From Candidatus Thorarchaeota archaeon (lineage in GTDB: Archaea; Asgardarchaeota; Thorarchaeia; Thorarchaeales; Thorarchaeaceae): a stretch of 64,000 nucleotides of DNA. The notes under the pieces are model-generated. The model was not told the origin of the DNA, made no database searches, and saw nothing but the letters and a program-made list of their open reading frames with translations. Where the stretch lies: contig CP070761.1 in NCBI GenBank assembly GCA_020348985.1, positions 3,068,971-3,132,970 of the forward strand. Reading direction: 5' to 3'. Position 1 is the stretch's first letter, and each line of letters opens with the position of its first letter. Positions 18,841 through 27,205 of the stretch are shown here, piece by piece. A program made the position numbers and the translations under genes.

Positions 18841-20730
18841 ATGAAGACCAAGGTTGTGCTTCTGGCTTTGCTGATAACACTGGCAATGCCTCTATTGACG
18901 ACTCGATTCGCTGAGATTGACAAGCAAAGCAACTTCACACTGTTCTCCGAGGTTCACCTCTCAAGCACCTCTTACTCAAATGACATCGTGAGGACAATAT
19001 ACAACAGCGTTTCTGAGACATCATACAGAGGGTTGGTCAGGGAGTTTGCGGAGATTGGCCCGAAACCCTTTGGCAGTCAAGCAAATGAGAATACCATCAA
19101 CTGGATTATCTCAAAACTCGATGATCTATCAAGTGGCAAGATTGAATCAGAGATAGTAGGATCATATCGATCCGTGCTCGGGAGGCTTCCAGGAGACCTA
19201 GGCGAACAAGGTCCTTGCATGATTGTTGGGGGACATTTGGATACAGTAGAAGTTGCCCCGGGAGCAAATGATGATGGATCTGGTGTAGCAACCGCACTGG
19301 AATTGGCTCGAGTATTCTCACAGCACTCGTGGCCATTGGACATCTACTTCGGTTTCTGGAATGCAGAAGAAGATGGTCTTCTTGGTTCCTATCAGGTTGC
19401 CGATGAGGTCACAGAGCGTGATCTCGATGTGCTGGTTGTCTTCAACCTAGATATGATACTGAATACGGATGATTCGATCGGCAGCGATCAGAGAGTGTAC
19501 ATGGGCTACAATGATGATGCACCCAGATTCCACGATTCACAGTTTTGGGCGGAACTCTCTCGTGTCATGAATAGCAATTATGGAGACCCAGTTGTTCGCC
19601 CAACGCAGTCCAGTGATATTTCCCACTGGGCATTCAGCGACCACTATGCATTCCTCATGAGGGGTTTTGACAATGTTGTGTACGCGAGTCAAGCAAAGTC
19701 TGACGATTCTTACTGGCATACTCCGCAAGACGATTGGGACAATAGCGCGTATGACTACGAGACTGCCACTGGGGTTGTCGCCAGTATGGGTGCAGCGATG
19801 GCTTACGCGACCAATCTTGCACTTGGTCAAAGAACCATTGAGAAGCAGTCATTCTCTATTGATGCTGGAACCACCGGAACTTATTTTGTAGAAATGAGCT
19901 ACGTGTCGAACATCACTGTGAGCTTTGATTCCAGCCTCGCAGATGACATAGGATTGACCGCAAACGGACCTGGCAGCAGTTCACTAACGATAGAGCTGCT
20001 GAATGACTATTCGGCTCCAGATACTGTCACGTTCAACGTAACAACCGAATACCTTGGACTTCACAGTTTACATTTCGAGAATCTCTTAGGTGAGACAATT
20101 TCGTTTGATGTCTTCGTTGATTACGACACAGACATTAGAGGTGATGGTGTGGCTGACAGCACTGAGTTTTGGTACAACCCCCATCAACTCGATAGTGACA
20201 ATGATGGAATCTCAGATGCGGATGAGCTCTCAATGGGAACAGACCCATACAGCAACGATACTGATCTAGATGGGCTCCATGATTACCTTGAGCTTCACAC
20301 TTACGACACAAGCCCGTTAAACAATGATACAGATTTCGATTCAATGCCTGATGGCTATGAAATCCAGTTCAATCTGAATCCGAATCGTGATGACGCCGAT
20401 GAAGACGCCGACCGGGATGGACTAACGAATGTTGAGGAATACTTGCTGGGAACTCACCCGAGGTCCGACGATACCGAAAAAGACGGTATGAGTGATGGAT
20501 GGGAAGTTGAGCACGGTCTCAATCCTTTCGTGAATGATGCAGCGCTCGACTTGGATGGCGATGGTATGTTGAATCTACAGGAGTTTCTGAGTCGTAGAGA
20601 TCCGAATGCTGATGACTTCGTTCGGACCGTACAAGACCCAGATGCTGTCGAGTGGGTAGTGCTATCAGCTTTGGCAGTCTCGCCGTTATGTCTCATTCTT
20701 GTCCTGATACGACGATTGCGGTCTCGCTAG
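18841..20730 (+). CDS. secreted M28 family metallopeptidase with TSP3 repeats and C-terminal TM anchor (paralogue of the previous gene)
   Basis: GGHLDTVEVAPGANDDGSGVATALELAR and FWNAEEDGLLGS, with the same repeat/anchor architecture. ATG 18841 (MKTKVVLLALL signal peptide) is preferred over the upstream 18805 start. Confidence 0.8.
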   Translation: MKTKVVLLALLITLAMPLLTTRFAEIDKQSNFTLFSEVHLSSTSYSNDIVRTIYNSVSETSYRGLVREFAEIGPKPFGSQANENTINWIISKLDDLSSGKIESEIVGSYRSVLGRLPGDLGEQGPCMIVGGHLDTVEVAPGANDDGSGVATALELARVFSQHSWPLDIYFGFWNAEEDGLLGSYQVADEVTERDLDVLVVFNLDMILNTDDSIGSDQRVYMGYNDDAPRFHDSQFWAELSRVMNSNYGDPVVRPTQSSDISHWAFSDHYAFLMRGFDNVVYASQAKSDDSYWHTPQDDWDNSAYDYETATGVVASMGAAMAYATNLALGQRTIEKQSFSIDAGTTGTYFVEMSYVSNITVSFDSSLADDIGLTANGPGSSSLTIELLNDYSAPDTVTFNVTTEYLGLHSLHFENLLGETISFDVFVDYDTDIRGDGVADSTEFWYNPHQLDSDNDGISDADELSMGTDPYSNDTDLDGLHDYLELHTYDTSPLNNDTDFDSMPDGYEIQFNLNPNRDDADEDADRDGLTNVEEYLLGTHPRSDDTEKDGMSDGWEVEHGLNPFVNDAALDLDGDGMLNLQEFLSRRDPNADDFVRTVQDPDAVEWVVLSALAVSPLCLILVLIRRLRSR

Positions 20731-20810
20731 CCAACTTGAGACAATGCACTATGCTCATATTGTGGTCTTCCTTCCAACCTCGCTTGGTTGTACCTAGGAA
20801 GTGTTTTAGA

Positions 20811-21191
20811 ATGCGAAAGATCGAAGTCAGAAGTGCATTAGGGGCCAAGAGTAAGGCCCACTACTCGGCTGCTGTTGTGCACGAGAACCTCGTCTATGTG
20901 TCAGGTCAGCTTCCGGTTGACATGGATACAGGAAGTCTGCCGGAAGGGAAAATCGATGAACAGACCAGACAGGCTCTTTCGAATTTATCAAGGATTCTGG
21001 AAGCATCAGGTAGCTCCTTGGATAAGGTACTGAGGACAACTGCCTATATCTCGGACGTATCTCACTGGGGTGACGTAGACAAAGTGTATGCGGAAGTCTT
21101 CAATCAACACAAGCCTGCAAGAACGGTTGTTCCAGTAAGCAATCTCCACTATGGGGCACTAATCGAGATAGATGCAGTAGCGTACATCTAG
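20811..21191 (+). CDS. ridA: RidA/YjgF/TdcF family reactive-intermediate deaminase
   Basis: YSAAVVHENLVYVSGQLP and ARTVVPVSNLHYGALIEIDAVA. ATG 20811 gives the canonical size of about 126 aa. The longer ORF from 20652 overlaps the preceding gene. Confidence 0.85.
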   Translation: MRKIEVRSALGAKSKAHYSAAVVHENLVYVSGQLPVDMDTGSLPEGKIDEQTRQALSNLSRILEASGSSLDKVLRTTAYISDVSHWGDVDKVYAEVFNQHKPARTVVPVSNLHYGALIEIDAVAYI

Positions 21192-21332
21192 ATGGTCTAG
21201 ATTGCCCAAGTGCAAATTCGCGAAACTCCGTGTTCAAGAAAGGGACCTTCTGACTGAGGATTCCGGAAGAAAGCTAAAGGTCGACTTGGCGAAGAATGAT
21301 AATCACTCACTCAGTCGCCACCTTGAATCACA

Positions 21333-22607
21333 ATGAGATGTTCCACGAGATTGCATGGACTACTTCGGAGCATTAGGCCGATCCTTGTTCTCCTACTCTT
21401 TATCTTTCCCGCGCTCCTTATCATGCAGGATATCGATGTAGAAGCTCATATTGAGCGAACGCAGAACGGCTCTGAATCCTCGCCCAGCAGCATTGCAAGA
21501 GACTATTGGCCTACGAATGGCTGGCGAAACTCGACACCCGAAGAACGAGGAATGGACTCTTCTAAACTGGAAGAAATGCTTGGCCGAATAGAGCAGGAGG
21601 ATTGGAGCGTCAGCTTCATCATCGTGATAAAAGACGGGTATCTGGTGTTTGAGCACTTCTTCCATCGGCTATATCGGCCCCTTGGTAAAATTGACTTGTT
21701 CTCTTCAACCAGAAGCGTGACAGCTGCCGTATTTGGCATCGCGGTGGAACAGGGATACATCAATAATCTGAGTCAATCGGTTCTTGATTTCTTTCCTGAC
21801 AGAACAATCGATAACATGAACTCGTGGAAGGAGAGCATTACGCTTGAGAATCTCCTTACAATGACGTCTGGTTTTGGGTGGGACGAATGGACAACAGTGT
21901 ACGGCAGTTCTGACAACTCGTATACACAAATGAGAATCTCACGAGATTGGACACAATACATTCTCGATCTTCCGATGGATACCGAGCCTGGAACAGCATG
22001 GAACTTCTGTGGCGGCGACTCGCAATTGCTAACGGCAATTATCGAAAATGTGACGGACAGCAGGGCTTCAGACTTTGCTGAAGAACACCTATTTACACCG
22101 ATGAATATTACAGACTTCAGATGGTTGACTGGTGCAGGGGGTGTCACAAACGGAGCTGGCGGATTGCAGATGACCCCTCATGACATGGCAAAGTATGGCT
22201 TCCTTTACCTGAACAACGGTACATGGGACGGAAACCAGATCATTCCCGAAGAATGGGTTCAAAGATCGCTCGAGCCTCAAGTCGAAATCACAGAGGAAGG
22301 AAGCTATGGAGTTGACAGTCACTATGGGTATCACTGGTGGATGCATGATTCAAGCGGAGTCTGCTTTACACATCGACTAATCGCCGGGAGAAACATCTTC
22401 ATTGATCCAGAACATGACATCGTTGTAGTCATGGCGTGCTCAACGCCTCAGGATTACTATCCTCAAGAAGACCTCCTCTATGAGTACATCCTCGGTTCAT
22501 TGATCGAGGGAGTGCCGCTAACCCTGCCTCTTGAGTTGCTTATAGTGGTTGGAGGCGTGGCCGCTGTTGTGGTTGTGCTCTTCGGAGTCCGAGTTAAAAG
22601 AGGTTAG
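21333..22607 (+). CDS. secreted beta-lactamase-fold (serine hydrolase / PBP-like) protein with C-terminal TM anchor
   Basis: PF00144-like N-terminal pattern ...LFSSTRSVTAAVFGIAVEQGYI.... The S-x-x-K box reads S-S-T-R. Signal peptide and TM + KRG tail. Confidence 0.7.
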   Translation: MRCSTRLHGLLRSIRPILVLLLFIFPALLIMQDIDVEAHIERTQNGSESSPSSIARDYWPTNGWRNSTPEERGMDSSKLEEMLGRIEQEDWSVSFIIVIKDGYLVFEHFFHRLYRPLGKIDLFSSTRSVTAAVFGIAVEQGYINNLSQSVLDFFPDRTIDNMNSWKESITLENLLTMTSGFGWDEWTTVYGSSDNSYTQMRISRDWTQYILDLPMDTEPGTAWNFCGGDSQLLTAIIENVTDSRASDFAEEHLFTPMNITDFRWLTGAGGVTNGAGGLQMTPHDMAKYGFLYLNNGTWDGNQIIPEEWVQRSLEPQVEITEEGSYGVDSHYGYHWWMHDSSGVCFTHRLIAGRNIFIDPEHDIVVVMACSTPQDYYPQEDLLYEYILGSLIEGVPLTLPLELLIVVGGVAAVVVVLFGVRVKRG

Positions 22608-22655
22608 TTTCGAGTAGATTTGCATGAATTGCAAACTGTCCTAGCGAGAGAGCTC

Positions 22656-23291
22656 TCAAAGCTTTACAGCAACCGTACAGCCCGTTCCGATTGGCAGAAT
22701 CGTGCTTTGAACAGGCATCTTTAGGAGCATCTCATTGAAGTCGTGTATCTTGGAAAGAGAATCGGACCATTTCTCTTTCGGACTTCTCACTGGGAACAAA
22801 GTGTTGTCCACAAGGAAGAGTCCTCCCTTCCTTAGAACACGGATGCAGTCGTCAAGCATTACAGGGTAGAGTGGTTTCGCAGAATCCTGAAAAACAATAT
22901 CAAAGGTTTCGTCTTCAAAGTCCTTGATTGTCTCTGATGCATCACCGACTATGATATCGATAACATCTGAGACGCCTTCTCTACTGAAAATGTTCTTCGT
23001 TATTTCGGCCCAAGATGAATCAATCTCGAGTGTCGTGATTCTCCCTCCGTAAGTCCTTGCTGCAAGGGCCATTGAAGTCGTGGAGAAACCAATACTTGTT
23101 CCAATCTCGAGAATTCTCTTGGGTCGTACAAGATGTATCAATGTCTTAAACAGGCGAGCGGCCTCATCTGTAATGGGAGATCCAAAGTCATTCCGACTCA
23201 CTCTTGCAACATAATCGAGCCTCTTCGGGTCATCTTGTTCTTCGTAGATTCTCTCAATGTACTCCATCGCTTTCTTGTACTCGACTGACAT
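22656..23291 (-). CDS. class I SAM-dependent O-methyltransferase (caffeoyl-CoA OMT-like)
   Basis: ILEIGTSIGFSTTSMA motif I, with the size and layout of the Methyltransf_3/24 family. Confidence 0.8.
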   Translation of the reverse strand: MSVEYKKAMEYIERIYEEQDDPKRLDYVARVSRNDFGSPITDEAARLFKTLIHLVRPKRILEIGTSIGFSTTSMALAARTYGGRITTLEIDSSWAEITKNIFSREGVSDVIDIIVGDASETIKDFEDETFDIVFQDSAKPLYPVMLDDCIRVLRKGGLFLVDNTLFPVRSPKEKWSDSLSKIHDFNEMLLKMPVQSTILPIGTGCTVAVKL

Positions 23292-23426
23292 TCTCAGTTC
23301 ACCCAGCCTTGGATGGGAGACAATTCAGACTATGTCCTCAGTTTCGTAGGAAATAACAAAGGTCTTTGGGTGCCTCAACGTCAAGTGAATACCCCAAAGG
23401 GGACCTTTGGCGTATGAAGTGACTTG

Positions 23427-24218
23427 CTACTCTCCACCTGCCGCGGCGATTGGCGAAAGATGAATCAAAAGCTGTCCCGATAGGTAGGTGATTCCGACTG
23501 CAAAGCTGTCAAGGAAATCAGAGCTGGCGAAAGTTCTCACACCTATTACCCAATCTGAGAAGAAGAAGAGCAAGAATCCCGCTACAATCGCTATCTTGAA
23601 CAGAATCTGAAAGTCGTCGAACCATTTTGTGATCGCAAAGGCGATAACAGTTGCAAACAGCAGCCCATAACAGATTACAGCTATGCTCATTTCAATTTGT
23701 GTCGGATTGAAGACTGTGAAGTAGAACAAACCAGTCACTGCAATGAAACACATGATTAGGATGACAAGGTTCACTAGTAGCAGACGTGGCTGATCAGGTG
23801 CTTCAGTAGGCGACTCAGATCTAGGTCTCAGAAGAAGAGGAGATCTTGTCCTGAGCGCTAGTATGTAGAACAAATGCCCAATGGTGAAGAAGATTATGCC
23901 GTTGATGAGTGTGTCTGAAGTTATGTAGAAGAGGCCGGCCATTAGGAAGTCACCAACCGAGCTGAAGACCATAGCAGAAAAAAGGAACAGAACATAGAGG
24001 AACCACTTGGCGTCTCCTTTGAGATAGTTGTATAGGAGGTTTAGAAACGCTATTCCCACAAGGGCAAGAGATGCTGTAAGAAACGCCACCTGATCATTAG
24101 CGCCTCTTGTGATGTAGGTCCATGTGTAGATGCCAGTTATCCCCAGCATCAGAAGAATAGCAATAAGACGGGCATATCCGATTATCCGGGCTATCGAGCT
24201 CTCTGACAACCTAATCAC
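23427..24218 (-). CDS. YhhN-like (lysoplasmalogenase family) membrane protein
   Basis: Eight hydrophobic helices. SSVGDFLMAG and FFFSDWVIG resemble the two conserved Asp-containing YhhN motifs. Assigned from memory. Confidence 0.5.
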   Translation of the reverse strand: MIRLSESSIARIIGYARLIAILLMLGITGIYTWTYITRGANDQVAFLTASLALVGIAFLNLLYNYLKGDAKWFLYVLFLFSAMVFSSVGDFLMAGLFYITSDTLINGIIFFTIGHLFYILALRTRSPLLLRPRSESPTEAPDQPRLLLVNLVILIMCFIAVTGLFYFTVFNPTQIEMSIAVICYGLLFATVIAFAITKWFDDFQILFKIAIVAGFLLFFFSDWVIGVRTFASSDFLDSFAVGITYLSGQLLIHLSPIAAAGGE

Positions 24219-24341
24219 TCCTTTCGGGTATAGGCATGTTCAGGAGTGTCACGCCTATCTAAATCTCTTGGCGCTAGAATGATTCACAAAGAGGAAAGAG
24301 GAGTTGACGGCATTTCAACCATCAACCCCAGCAAGACAGTC

Positions 24342-25001
24342 CTACTTCATCGATTTGACCCAATCGTATACAGGTGCACAAAGCTCCTTCATTCGCTCCT
24401 TCTCTGGGTTCATTGGACTTGGTTCCCAACCGTCATCAGGCTCAAACCACCAGTCAGTCACTGTACCCCGGCGGTCCTCTTTTGGTGCCCAAACTACCTT
24501 GACAGGCATTCCAAATTCAGCATTCCAAGGATCAATGCCTCGCAGTTCATTTGCAATAGCTGTCTTGCAGCCATCAACGACGACATAAGCTAACACGAAC
24601 GGGAGTCTCTTGAGAGACGACTTCCCACTCCATCCAGCTATAGTAAAGGTATGAACAATTCCTTCTCCCTTGAGCTTGATCCACTCCGACTTTGCCAGAT
24701 TGCATTCCACATCCCAGCAGTTCACTCGGGGCGGGAAGAACTTGTCACCACAGTTCGGACACTGAGTTGCCCAGAATTCGCCATCAAGAAAGCCTTTGCC
24801 CATCTTGGATATTTCAGCTAGTTTCCAATAGTAAAGTTGGTCGTAGTGAAGATAGACTTTGAATTGCTCCTCGTCAGCATCCCAATCATACCCAGCGAAG
24901 TGAAATCCGATTTCTTTGACATCCCCGCGGAAATCGTCTTTGTGGCTGTCTGAGAACTTGACCTCATCGGGTATCCTATGCATTCGCTTGTCATCACCCA
25001 T
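24342..25001 (-). CDS. DUF35 family Zn-ribbon/OB-fold protein, extended form (219 aa)
   Basis: CPNCGDKFFPPRVNCWDVEC ribbon followed by an OB-like C-terminus, plus an extra N-terminal segment of about 60 aa. Starts 3 nt after the thiolase-like gene stop. Confidence 0.75.
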   Translation of the reverse strand: MGDDKRMHRIPDEVKFSDSHKDDFRGDVKEIGFHFAGYDWDADEEQFKVYLHYDQLYYWKLAEISKMGKGFLDGEFWATQCPNCGDKFFPPRVNCWDVECNLAKSEWIKLKGEGIVHTFTIAGWSGKSSLKRLPFVLAYVVVDGCKTAIANELRGIDPWNAEFGMPVKVVWAPKEDRRGTVTDWWFEPDDGWEPSPMNPEKERMKELCAPVYDWVKSMK

Positions 25002-25004
25002 TCT

Positions 25005-26279
25005 CTATGGCCTCCTCAAAATGAAGTTCGAAATACTAGTCCCAGTTCCTGCATGACTGTTGACTAGACCGGTCTGCGCGTCCGGCACATAGGTTCGTGC
25101 ACTCAGATGTTTCTTTGGAGTCATATCAGTTAGGTGGTAGTAGGTTTCGATTGCAGACATGAGCCCTGTCGCACCTACTGGATGTCCGTAGCCCATAAGA
25201 CCCCCACCAGGATTGGCAGGCAAATCTCCACCGCCATCACTTTCTAGGAAAGTTCTCTTTTCACGAATGAACTCCTTGATGTTGTCCTTGTCACACCAGT
25301 GGAGAGCTTTGTATATCTGAGTCTCGGAGCTACTGAATGCATCGTGAATTTCTGCGACGTCTATCTCCTTCACTGCTCTTTTGTACTCGATACCAGCCAT
25401 GTCATATGCATCCTCGCCAGATTTCCTACACGCAGCAAACTCGGTCATGTCTGGATATCCTTCGCCGTAGAGCTTTGTCCATCCAGGGAAGTGCAATCTG
25501 TCTCCAGCTCTGATGGTGCAGCTGCTTAATCCTGCTCCGTCTATGACCACGTACCTACCATCTGCATGCTTCTTGGCCCACTCTTCAGAGGTGACCAATG
25601 TGAAAGCACCACCACGGCTCATGAGGCAGCAATCGTATCTCTTCAGAGGATAGCTTATCAACCGGCTGTTCATAATGTCATCCACAGTCAGAGGCCGACC
25701 GTACTTCTTGTATTCGCCTCTATACCACTGAGTCTTTGCGTTGTTCGCGGCGTTGTTCCTATTCTTCAGGGCAGCTAGAGCAAAATCCTCCTCTGTGAGG
25801 TCATGCTCCTTCATGAATTTGTAAGCCATCGCTGCGTAGTATATGGGGTATATCCCACCAGCGAGTGCCTCGTATCGAGTGTCAGATGCCAGGGCGATAA
25901 ACTCGGATCCTTGTGACTGTGTCACATTATCCATTGTTTCCCAACCTGCGACACCTACCACATCGAAGAGACCGGACTTCACTGCAAGAAACGCACCATA
26001 AAGAGCGGAACCCCCAGTATTCCCTCCGTTCTCAATTCGCACATGTGGAAGACCAACAAGCCCCAGATGGTCGTGAACAATCCATTCTGGAGTGAGTTGC
26101 TTCCCAAAGTGCACTGAGAAGTGACTATAAACCATGAACTGAAGGTCACGAAGATGAAAATCAGGAATGTCGCCCTGTGTTTCCACAACGCAATTGGCGA
26201 TCATCGCTTCAGGTGTGATATGCATGGGATAGTCAAAGGGTGTGGCAGCACCGCCCGCTATACACACTCTTCTCGTCAT
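25005..26279 (-). CDS. thiolase-fold protein lacking both catalytic cysteines (thiolase-like, possible aldolase/lyase)
   Basis: Aligns colinearly with the thiolase at 1563-2735, but LPHVRIENGGNTGGSAL has Gly where the nucleophile Cys sits. C-terminal AGTGTSISNF has Ile in place of the second Cys. GHPVGATG is retained. Confidence 0.8.
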   Translation of the reverse strand: MTRRVCIAGGAATPFDYPMHITPEAMIANCVVETQGDIPDFHLRDLQFMVYSHFSVHFGKQLTPEWIVHDHLGLVGLPHVRIENGGNTGGSALYGAFLAVKSGLFDVVGVAGWETMDNVTQSQGSEFIALASDTRYEALAGGIYPIYYAAMAYKFMKEHDLTEEDFALAALKNRNNAANNAKTQWYRGEYKKYGRPLTVDDIMNSRLISYPLKRYDCCLMSRGGAFTLVTSEEWAKKHADGRYVVIDGAGLSSCTIRAGDRLHFPGWTKLYGEGYPDMTEFAACRKSGEDAYDMAGIEYKRAVKEIDVAEIHDAFSSSETQIYKALHWCDKDNIKEFIREKRTFLESDGGGDLPANPGGGLMGYGHPVGATGLMSAIETYYHLTDMTPKKHLSARTYVPDAQTGLVNSHAGTGTSISNFILRRP

Positions 26280-26370
26280 AATAGATCTCTCTAATCAAGT
26301 GGTTTACTCTGACGAGGGGGCCCCTCTTGACGCTACTTATGTTCTTCGGGTGACAGTTGATTCAGTCTGT

Positions 26371-27042
26371 TCAATTCCTTCTGATTAACAATTCTCGCCG
26401 GAGCAAAACCAATACAACTGCCAATGACCCAATCAAACTACTCATGTGCAAGACGATGCTTAGGTTTGGATGCGGTCTACGGGAGATCTCCTGGTAGAAT
26501 GCATCCGTATCCCTTTGGAATACGACCATCATGACTTCGTAAGAAAGGACGTTTAGCATTCCATCAGTCTTGGAGTATTCAACATCTCCCCTGTTAAGAT
26601 GACCTAGGGCATGTGAACTCTCCCAGGAAAAGCCCCAGAATTCAGGCGTATCATTCACCCCTTCCGTCCTGATCCTAGTGAAGACCTCAGTGATAAGAGT
26701 CCAGTTACCGACTGGAAGAATCCAACTGGGCAAGAGATTAGAAATCAGCATTCCATGAAAGGACGGGTCAAACTCTGTACCATTCTTCCAGAAGTACTGA
26801 ATCTCCAGCGACAAAATCTCGGTATCCCATGATTGGTCTGCAAGATTCTCTAGATCGGAGACTATGACGTAGAACTCCTCCTCCAAAACTGTGGTCCCAT
26901 CTGCCTCCATTGAGATTGTGTAGTCAGCCCGAGAACCCACGCTAACTCCCCACTTGAGTCCATGAGTGTCGGCTTCCACTGGAAACACGAATATGGAACA
27001 CAGTATGAGCACCAAAAATACCGATTTCGAATTCATGTCCAC
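26371..27042 (-). CDS. secreted, C-terminally anchored hypothetical protein
   Basis: Signal peptide MNSKSVFLVLILCSIFVFPVEA and C-terminal TM + RRELLIRRN tail. Confidence 0.6.
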   Translation of the reverse strand: MDMNSKSVFLVLILCSIFVFPVEADTHGLKWGVSVGSRADYTISMEADGTTVLEEEFYVIVSDLENLADQSWDTEILSLEIQYFWKNGTEFDPSFHGMLISNLLPSWILPVGNWTLITEVFTRIRTEGVNDTPEFWGFSWESSHALGHLNRGDVEYSKTDGMLNVLSYEVMMVVFQRDTDAFYQEISRRPHPNLSIVLHMSSLIGSLAVVLVLLRRELLIRRN

Positions 27043-27205
27043 CCGCTCTAGTTCCTCTTAGCAAACCTCCTTCTCTGAACAGAGACAAAGAGCTAACATG
27101 TAGATAACACTTTTGTCGTTTTTCGACGGACAAACGCTTTGGTAAGAAGATGATGCTTCAACACAACCCTCCCAGCTTAAATCGAAGTGGTCTCTACAAT
27201 GTTAG

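Noticed and set aside
18551-18844. 97-aa ORF inside the spacer between the two M28 peptidase genes
   Set aside because: TTG start without a ribosome-binding site, Cys-rich odd composition, and it runs into the start of the downstream gene. I treat the spacer as non-coding.
20652-20810. 53-aa N-terminal extension of the RidA gene
   Set aside because: It overlaps the 3' end of the preceding peptidase gene, and RidA proteins are about 125 aa. ATG 20811 restores the canonical N-terminus.
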